DNA of 64,000 bases from Candidatus Poribacteria bacterium. Its GTDB lineage: Bacteria; Poribacteria; WGA-4E; WGA-3G. Both the position numbers and the translations under genes were made by a program. Positions 57,454 to 64,000 of this stretch are shown here, piece by piece. Location of the stretch: assembly GCA_963665235.2 (NCBI GenBank), contig CAXXLX010000001.1, positions 1,056,001 through 1,120,000 on the forward strand, given 5' to 3'. The notes under the pieces are model-generated. The model searched no databases. It was not told the origin of the DNA and worked only from the letters and a program-made list of their open reading frames with translations. How positions within the stretch are numbered: position 1 is the stretch's first letter; the number at the start of each line of letters is the position of its first letter.

Positions 57454-58263
57454 ATGATGACCCCTGAACAACGTTATCTTTTCGATGTCACCGGATATCT
57501 CCATATAGAGAATGCGGTTAGCGGCGAAGCATTGAAAGCAGCCCAAGCAGCAGCGGATGCATATATCAATGCTTCCCCTGAAGACCTGCCCCCTGGATTT
57601 GACTCGAGCGGCAAACACCTGCCGAACGGTTTCGCTTTCTCTAGGGCTTTGGAAGCACTCACAATGCTGCCAGCAACATGGCCTATCATCAAAGAGCTGA
57701 CCGATAACAGACCGCAGCTTGCACGCGGCACGATGATTGCGGATAGAGCAGGATTAGTGGAATCAGAGGAGGCTCTACGCCTGCATTGCGCGAGAGAAGA
57801 CTATGGTCGCGATAGGAACTGTTTTGAGAATCGAAACGGGAGAATCTATTGCGATGATTTTGTTGTCTTTCCCTACCTGACAGATGTACATCCGGGGGAT
57901 GGGGGGTTGTTAGTTGTTCCCGGCTCACACAAAGCGGAATTCGAGCGCCCAGAACATATCTTCAACAACGGAACGATTGATGATGTCAATCAAATTCCGC
58001 GAGGTGTAGAGAATATTACGCCAAAAGCGGGAGATGCCGTGATTATCTCTGAACTTTTGACCCATGGCGCATTACCCTGGAAACCGAAAGACCGCTACCG
58101 CTGCTTTCTTGTTTTGCGCTATAGACCGCAAGACCGGGGGGAAAGTCGCGTCCCGGAAGAGGTCCGAGAACGGTTAGCACCGGAGACGTTGGAGTTGATT
58201 GCGCGCGCAACCCCCGCTCACATCAAAGAAATTGTTAAAAAGGACGTTGTCACGTTGACATGA
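57454..58263 (+). CDS. PhyH-family Fe(II)/2OG oxygenase with HxA motif
   Basis: EQRYLFDVTGYL, LHCA, DGGLLVVPGSHKA, ELLTHG. Confidence 0.82.
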   Translation: MMTPEQRYLFDVTGYLHIENAVSGEALKAAQAAADAYINASPEDLPPGFDSSGKHLPNGFAFSRALEALTMLPATWPIIKELTDNRPQLARGTMIADRAGLVESEEALRLHCAREDYGRDRNCFENRNGRIYCDDFVVFPYLTDVHPGDGGLLVVPGSHKAEFERPEHIFNNGTIDDVNQIPRGVENITPKAGDAVIISELLTHGALPWKPKDRYRCFLVLRYRPQDRGESRVPEEVRERLAPETLELIARATPAHIKEIVKKDVVTLT

Positions 58264-58283
58264 ACAATCTCGGTATGTAGCGG

Positions 58284-58886
58284 TTAGCGCGCCATCAAAT
58301 TAATGGACCCAATTGATGATTCAATGGCTCGAAGTTCCGTTTTGTATACATTTCTGGGAACGTGGTAATCGACCGCAAAGACCGCGCTTTCAGGGGCATC
58401 ACATATCAGCTTGATAAGCACAAACTCGGAAGCAATTACCATCAATTGATGCACGCGAAATGTCCCTTTCATAAAAATCGTCCGCTGAATCGTTGCTTTC
58501 GGAAAATTTTCACGGTAAGCGGTCTCCAGCGTTTTTAATAAGGTTTCGTCTGGCGCAATTTCCACGCCATCCAATCTTGAGACGATACACATCGCTCGCG
58601 AACTTTCATTCAAGAAAATCCAGCGGGGGACTACCTCAATCTCCTGTGTGAGTTGACCCTTCAATTGATCGGGAACCTGTGCTAGCAGTGAATCGTCAAC
58701 TTTTTCCCAACCCTTCGGAGGGGCTATCATGATTTTGAGGGTTGTATCTGTTATTCGGGGCCCCAGAACCGTTTTATCCACATTAAATTTGAGCGTTTCA
58801 TACTTGTGCTTTTGAGAATTGGGGGAATCACACCCGATTGCACTGCCGATTATGATTCCGCACAATAGCAGATGTAGAAATTTCAT
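58284..58886 (-). CDS. Hypothetical lipoprotein
   Basis: AIGC lipobox, AAGGAG RBS. Confidence 0.7.
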   Translation of the reverse strand: MKFLHLLLCGIIIGSAIGCDSPNSQKHKYETLKFNVDKTVLGPRITDTTLKIMIAPPKGWEKVDDSLLAQVPDQLKGQLTQEIEVVPRWIFLNESSRAMCIVSRLDGVEIAPDETLLKTLETAYRENFPKATIQRTIFMKGTFRVHQLMVIASEFVLIKLICDAPESAVFAVDYHVPRNVYKTELRAIESSIGSINLMAR

Positions 58887-58948
58887 GTTTCCGCTCCTTG
58901 ACAAGGGGTTGGGATAAAAGTGCTATCTTCTCGCAGCCCGAGAGAAGG

Positions 58949-59722
58949 TTACCTATCAAACGGCACGTTACCTTCTTGTGCCCCGCCGCCTTCTCGTGCT
59001 CCGCCACCTTCTCGTGCGCCACCACCTTCTATTGACACGCCGCCTTCGCGGGTATAATAGGTGTAAATTGCCCTTCTCTTGAGAACACCGAACAGCAGTT
59101 TTTCGTAGGTTGATAAATCATATAAGGGGAGTTCTCCCTCGTGTATCTCGTTGTAAAAGTCCAGGTCAATGTATGCCCAGACCCCATCCCATCTGTTGAG
59201 GTGCCCCGGTTGATTCTTATCCTCCAAGATATCGGCAAGGACACCGCCTGACGCTTCTTTTCCCGCAATTTCATGTACGTTTACCCGTGAAATATAGGCA
59301 TTGGAATAAACGAGCGTTTCGCCATCGAGCCAAATCATGCCATCGTTGAGAATCTTGTCCGGTTCGCCGAGCTCTTCGACACTCTGCTTGACGATGGTAT
59401 CTGCACCTTTTACCGGTTTATCTGTGATGTAACCAGCCGCTCGCAACCGATTGTTTTTGAAGGTATAAACCAGTTTGATAGGAATCCCGTTCAGCCGATG
59501 ATTGAAGATAAGCACATTTTCTGTTCTGAAATGTAGCGACTTCCCCTGTTCTGCAAGTAAAACCCGCTGTTTGTTGTAACCCCATCGCGTTTCGCGAAAA
59601 TTGTAGTCCAGCTTCTTCGATTCAGATAACATCTGTCCGAGGTTCGCACATCCTAAAGACAGCATTATCGGAATTAACAGTAGCACGTTTTTGAATCTGC
59701 CTAAGTCATAATATCTTTTCAT
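58949..59722 (-). CDS. Hypothetical lipoprotein with C-terminal (EGGGAR)n repeats
   Basis: SLGC lipobox, FRETRWG, 18-bp tandem repeats near the 3' end. Confidence 0.7.
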   Translation of the reverse strand: MKRYYDLGRFKNVLLLIPIMLSLGCANLGQMLSESKKLDYNFRETRWGYNKQRVLLAEQGKSLHFRTENVLIFNHRLNGIPIKLVYTFKNNRLRAAGYITDKPVKGADTIVKQSVEELGEPDKILNDGMIWLDGETLVYSNAYISRVNVHEIAGKEASGGVLADILEDKNQPGHLNRWDGVWAYIDLDFYNEIHEGELPLYDLSTYEKLLFGVLKRRAIYTYYTREGGVSIEGGGAREGGGAREGGGAQEGNVPFDR

Positions 59723-59795
59723 GATGTATCTCCTTATAGATTACGAAGTGATAATCTGTTATTGAGGCTAAATTACAAAGAAGATGGCCTCCGCT

Positions 59796-60383
59796 TCAAA
59801 CTCTTGGATTAATTAGCTGGCCAAAGTAAATTGTGGAACGGCCCGAAATTTTCCGATAAACCGCAGGTTGGTTATGCAACTTACCTTTGTCCTGAAAAGC
59901 TTGTGTTCCTCCCTTTCTGGGGTCATTAGGACGGACAACACTTATAAACCGGTATTCATAATCGTCTAGGAATTCATTTGATTCCCAGAACAATTTTCCG
60001 ATACATCTGCAGTAACTGATGAAGCACGCTGCGCCCTTTAATTGTTGGACGACATGTGATGCCCTTTTAGAGTCCATTTTCTGAGTTTCAATACAGACAA
60101 TCCACTTTTTTGCGTTCTCCTCATTAGATATAATCACAAAATCGGCCCGCTTTCGTTGACCCTTCGCGTCATTAAAAACAGCAAGCGGATGCTCAAAATT
60201 TTCTGCTCTTATAACAATGGAGTCATGAGGCAATCCCTTGATTTTCACTGTCGTGCCAGATTGTGCGTCGGTTAGGTGAACGGACGGTTTACCCGGCCCT
60301 GATTGCAACGTAACTAGAGCATCGGGCTTGAGCATTTCCCGCAATATCTGTATGTCATTCACAAGGTTTACTCTTCCTCCCAT
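59796..60383 (-). CDS. Hypothetical protein coupled to AAA ATPase (possible PD-(D/E)xK nuclease)
   Basis: RADFVII...CIETQK...QL pattern; abuts or overlaps the ATPase stop. Confidence 0.6.
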   Translation of the reverse strand: MGGRVNLVNDIQILREMLKPDALVTLQSGPGKPSVHLTDAQSGTTVKIKGLPHDSIVIRAENFEHPLAVFNDAKGQRKRADFVIISNEENAKKWIVCIETQKMDSKRASHVVQQLKGAACFISYCRCIGKLFWESNEFLDDYEYRFISVVRPNDPRKGGTQAFQDKGKLHNQPAVYRKISGRSTIYFGQLINPRV

Positions 60384-61741
60384 ACAATTTCGTCCTGAAT
60401 CCTGTTCATCTCATCAATTGTGCTGTCGAAGCTGGGGACCCCAATACCGAACTCAGGATGGACATCAGCCGGGACGAGGGTGTCCCCTCTTTGCCGCCGC
60501 TTCTGCCCCTCTTCCAACGGTAACAACGCCTTTTCCGCTACGTATACTTTAACCTGTTCTGCCGTAATTAACTCGTCTTTTTGATAGCCGTTTTCTTCAG
60601 CGATTCTCTTCAGGTGCGGTTTGTCATGGTTGAGCATGATAAGGGTGTTCAGCTCCTTGACGATGTAATCGCTATGGGTGGTGATGAAGACCTTAACGCC
60701 TAAATTAACAAGCCGCGCGAAAAGCCTGGCAATACGCCGTTGATTTTCCGGATGCAGGCTTGATTCCGGACCGTCTACCATAAGCAAATCCCCTTCTTCA
60801 GCGATGTGATGAAGGTAGAAGCTCAGGTCTAGGAGTGAGCAGACAGTACTCGAACTCTGGGGAATTGTCAACTTCAACCGTGTGTCTTTGGGAATAAAGT
60901 AGAGCTGGTCCTGCTGTGTTATGACATAATCCCCGCCGACGATGTCCGCAAAGTCTTCCAAAACTTCAGGATGTTCTTTGGCGATAAAACTCCTCCTTTT
61001 CGTGATATCTTCAAGCTGTTGTGCAAACGCCACGTTGCTTTCTACCGGGGCGGGATAACTTTGATATGACTTGAACAGCAATTCGCGTAGCTCAAGATGT
61101 TTTTCGGCTTGCCACATCTCCTCAAGCAGTCGGTTCCGCGCAAAATTGAGCTCTTTCCGAAAAATCGCTATCCCTGTACGCTCCGCTGAAGATATGAACG
61201 GAGCGGGCAGCGAATCAGAAAAAATCGCATTTGTGACAACAAAATTGATAATCTTTCGGACAGTGAAATCATCAATCTCCTTTTCTATTTCCAAGGTAAG
61301 TGTGAGGTCTTCGGCACCTTTCCGCTTTGAAATTATAAAAGATGCTCCCTGAGGGCTCTCAACTCTGCCGTTAAACTCTTTTTGGCGTAAGTCAATTTCG
61401 TCTGTAAAGAGGTGAAACTCACTATTCTGAAATGTGCCTTCGGATGCAGCAAAAAATTCGTCCAATCGGTTAGTATACGCCTCACAAGCTTTTGAGAGGA
61501 TCTGATTCGTTGTTTGTGTCAACCTAATCTTGATAACTTTCTCTGAGAACAAGTTTCGAATTTGCGAGTTGTCAATGGGAATATCGATGAGACTCCGCAG
61601 AGAACGTAAGAAACCGTAAAGCGCGTAAGTTGCATAAGTCTTGCCGGTGTTGTTTTTCCCGCAGATGATAGTCAAATCTCCGAGCGAGAATTCCGCCTGT
61701 TTTAAGACCCCGACGTTTTTTAATCGGACTGTAAGGCTCAT
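60368..61741 (-). CDS. AAA_15/AAA_21-type ABC-like ATPase
   Basis: Walker A GKNNTGKT, AERTG, LLMVDGPESSLHP, ITTHS. Confidence 0.88.
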   Translation of the reverse strand: MSLTVRLKNVGVLKQAEFSLGDLTIICGKNNTGKTYATYALYGFLRSLRSLIDIPIDNSQIRNLFSEKVIKIRLTQTTNQILSKACEAYTNRLDEFFAASEGTFQNSEFHLFTDEIDLRQKEFNGRVESPQGASFIISKRKGAEDLTLTLEIEKEIDDFTVRKIINFVVTNAIFSDSLPAPFISSAERTGIAIFRKELNFARNRLLEEMWQAEKHLELRELLFKSYQSYPAPVESNVAFAQQLEDITKRRSFIAKEHPEVLEDFADIVGGDYVITQQDQLYFIPKDTRLKLTIPQSSSTVCSLLDLSFYLHHIAEEGDLLMVDGPESSLHPENQRRIARLFARLVNLGVKVFITTHSDYIVKELNTLIMLNHDKPHLKRIAEENGYQKDELITAEQVKVYVAEKALLPLEEGQKRRQRGDTLVPADVHPEFGIGVPSFDSTIDEMNRIQDEIVWEEE

Positions 61742-61777
61742 ATTAATCCCTCCATAATTGTGCCTATATCATTTCAG

Positions 61778-63856
61778 TTATGATAGCATTCCTACAAACG
61801 TCTCAATATCCGTTGTGGGGGTTTGGCAGGCGTAATTTTCACAGACATAAACCGTTGACGTGTTATCAATCTGTGGCTTATTTGCAAGAAGGGGTAACGT
61901 TGCGTCATCAGCGGGTTCACGCAAGGCGACGATTTTGTGAGGCAAATAGATGCCGTGCAACGCGGACAACATCGCATCCGTTTCGGTATCGCCTCTCTTA
62001 CCGATGATGGCAATTTCCTTGGGGGTAGAAAGCAGGAACGCCAATTCACAAAGCAATTGTCCTGACCCTGAAGGCATCCGTTCCATCTGATGGAAGTAGA
62101 GCTTCAAGGTCTCAACGGCTTTGTCGTGGAATTCCGGTGCGTCGAGGTGTTTGGCAAGGCGCAACAGACTGTGAATCGCCATGGATGCCCCAGCAGGCGT
62201 GGCACCGTCGTAAGCGGATTTGGATTGAACGATAAGCACTTCGTGTGCTTTGCCTGTGAAGAAAAATCCATCACCCGCTTCATCGCTGAATTGGTCAATC
62301 ATTAGATGCGCAAGCCGTTCCGCTTCCGTGAGCCATCGAGGTTCAAAACTGGCTTCGTAAAGCGCGATTAAGCCAGCGATGAAATAGGCGTAATCTTCAA
62401 GATAGGCATTGAGGTGGCTTTTGCCCGCACGATAGGTTCGCCAGAGGAGCCCATTTTCCTGTGAGAGTGTCGTCAAAACGAATTCGGCAGATTTTTCGCA
62501 TGCAGCGAGGTATTCAGGTTTCCCAGTTAATTGGTACCCCATCGCCATGCCGCGGAGCATAAGTCCGTTCCAGCTGGTCAAAATTTTGTCATCCAGCCCC
62601 GGCTTAATTCGTTTCTCTCTCGCGTCAAATAGTTTTCGTCTACCCTCTGATAGGAGCGTCTCCAATTCCTCGAGCTCCATTTGCAGTTTTCGGGCAAAGA
62701 TGTCTGGCGGTGTTTGAACGTGGAGGATGTTCTCTCCCTCAAAGTTGCCGTGTGGTGTGATGTCATAAAATTCACAGAAGACCTCAGCGTTTTCTTCCCC
62801 GATGATGTCTTCGACTTCAGGGGGCTCCCAGACAAAAAATTTGCCTTCTACGCCTTCACTATCGGCATCCTGTGTAGAATAGAAGCCGCCATTTTCTGCG
62901 TCGTACATCTCGCGTAGGACGTAGTCGAGCGTTTCGGTGGCGATATTGCAATAGAACGGATTTTGCGTGGCTTGATATGCTTCAAAATAGGCGACAACGA
63001 GTTGCGCGTTATCGTAAAGCATCTTCTCAAAATGTGGTACGAGCCAACGTTCGTCGGTAGAATATCGGTGGAATCCGCCGCCGAGTTGGTCATACATACC
63101 GCCGCACGCCATCTTTTGCAAAGTGAATTCAACCATCTCAAGCGCGTTCGCATTCCCGCTGTGATGCCAATACCGCAGTAGGAAAGGCAACCCCATACTG
63201 GGCGGAAATTTGGGGGCATTGCCGAACCCGCCGTAGTGCGAATCGAATTGGGTGCGGTAGTGTTGGAATGCATTGGTCATGAGTTCTTCCGTGAGTTCAT
63301 GCTCATGCGGGTCAACGATGTTGCTTATCTGATTGAGCTGCGTCGTAATCTGGTCTGCCTGTTGTAGCACTTGCGCGTTCTGCTCGTTGAACGCCTCTGC
63401 TACGGCTTGCATCACCTTCGGGAAACCGGGTCTACCGTATCGGTCAGTAGGGGGGTAATAGGTGCCACCGTAGAAGGGTTTGAGGTCCGGTGTGAGGAAG
63501 ACAGTCATCGGCCAGCCGCCGTGGCGGGTCATGACTTGGACAGCGTTCATATAGATTTCATCTAAATCGGGCCGTTCCTCTCTATCCACCTTGATATTAA
63601 CGAACAGTTCGTTCATGATAGCGGCGATGCCCTCATTTTCGAAGGATTCACGTTCCATGACGTGGCACCAGTGGCATGCGGAGTAACCGATGCTCAGCAG
63701 GATAGGTTTCTGTTCGCGTTTTGCACGTTCTAACGCTTCCTCACCCCACGGATACCAGTCAACGGGGTTGTGGGCGTGCTGGAGTAGATACGGACTTGTT
63801 TCATGGATAAGGCGGTTGGTGTGTTTGGGTGTGTTTTGCATGTGTGTTTTCTCCAA
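61778..63856 (-). CDS. Thioredoxin-domain plus six-hairpin protein (YyaL/SPATA20 family)
   Basis: [43 protein letters not shown]. Confidence 0.93.
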   Translation of the reverse strand: MEKTHMQNTPKHTNRLIHETSPYLLQHAHNPVDWYPWGEEALERAKREQKPILLSIGYSACHWCHVMERESFENEGIAAIMNELFVNIKVDREERPDLDEIYMNAVQVMTRHGGWPMTVFLTPDLKPFYGGTYYPPTDRYGRPGFPKVMQAVAEAFNEQNAQVLQQADQITTQLNQISNIVDPHEHELTEELMTNAFQHYRTQFDSHYGGFGNAPKFPPSMGLPFLLRYWHHSGNANALEMVEFTLQKMACGGMYDQLGGGFHRYSTDERWLVPHFEKMLYDNAQLVVAYFEAYQATQNPFYCNIATETLDYVLREMYDAENGGFYSTQDADSEGVEGKFFVWEPPEVEDIIGEENAEVFCEFYDITPHGNFEGENILHVQTPPDIFARKLQMELEELETLLSEGRRKLFDAREKRIKPGLDDKILTSWNGLMLRGMAMGYQLTGKPEYLAACEKSAEFVLTTLSQENGLLWRTYRAGKSHLNAYLEDYAYFIAGLIALYEASFEPRWLTEAERLAHLMIDQFSDEAGDGFFFTGKAHEVLIVQSKSAYDGATPAGASMAIHSLLRLAKHLDAPEFHDKAVETLKLYFHQMERMPSGSGQLLCELAFLLSTPKEIAIIGKRGDTETDAMLSALHGIYLPHKIVALREPADDATLPLLANKPQIDNTSTVYVCENYACQTPTTDIETFVGMLS

Positions 63857-63900
63857 TATGTGGGTTTCTAATTTAGAAGGCGTTCACGTGCTTGAGACAA

Positions 63901-63927
63901 CGGGCGGAGAGTGTGCATTCCCGCCCG
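63901..63927 (-). terminator. GC-rich hairpin downstream of the tRNA
   Basis: CGGGCGG...CCGCCCG stem; U-tract weak. Confidence 0.45.
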
Positions 63928-63943
63928 AAGATTGATGAGAAAA

Positions 63944-64000
63944 TACCGCTACGGGGATTCGAACCCCGGTTTGATGGCTGAGAACCACCCGTCCTAACCC
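63944..64000 (-). tRNA. tRNA-Glu(CTC), 5' part outside the window; CCA not encoded
   Basis: Anticodon arm GGTGG-TTCTCAG-CCATC, T-arm CGGGG-TTCGAAT-CCCCG. Confidence 0.9.

Noticed and set aside
63944-64000. tRNA-anchored genomic island
   Set aside because: No integrase and no duplicated tRNA 3' end seen in the window

Overview
Bacterial chromosomal window of about 50% GC. The mix of WD40 and ankyrin proteins, a dockerin-like C-terminus, several PhyH dioxygenases, a sulfatase and Gfo/Idh/MocA oxidoreductases resembles Candidatus Poribacteria (inference, not verified). The left part is a minus-strand housekeeping run: tatA-tatC-Zn ribbon-cupin-pgeF-yggS-proC-yggT-ileS-like-lspA-fmt-PASTA-rpe-rsmE-mtaB. 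Further on are a metal-uptake locus (RAPP-ending CxxC leader, His-rich lipoprotein, TonB receptor), sugar/redox genes, mutL, fdhD, nagA, an AAA-ATPase pair, a YyaL-type gene and a partial tRNA-Glu. Five TnpB elements have reconstructable ends. Two are IS607-type with Fanzor2-like (pro-Fanzor) TnpBs whose ~155-aa N-terminus is overprinted on tnpA; both inserted at the GG of a Shine-Dalgarno site 7 nt before a host ATG. Three are tnpA-less IS200/IS605 elements that split a second codon, a probable -10 box and a last codon. Other highlights are a full-length IleRS paralog lacking HIGH and KMSKS, PhyH enzymes with HxG/HxA sites, a 14 x 50-bp hairpin tandem array (not CRISPR), MITEs with 5-bp target duplications, and a modular intergenic repeat system. 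All calls come from reading the sequence; no searches were run.
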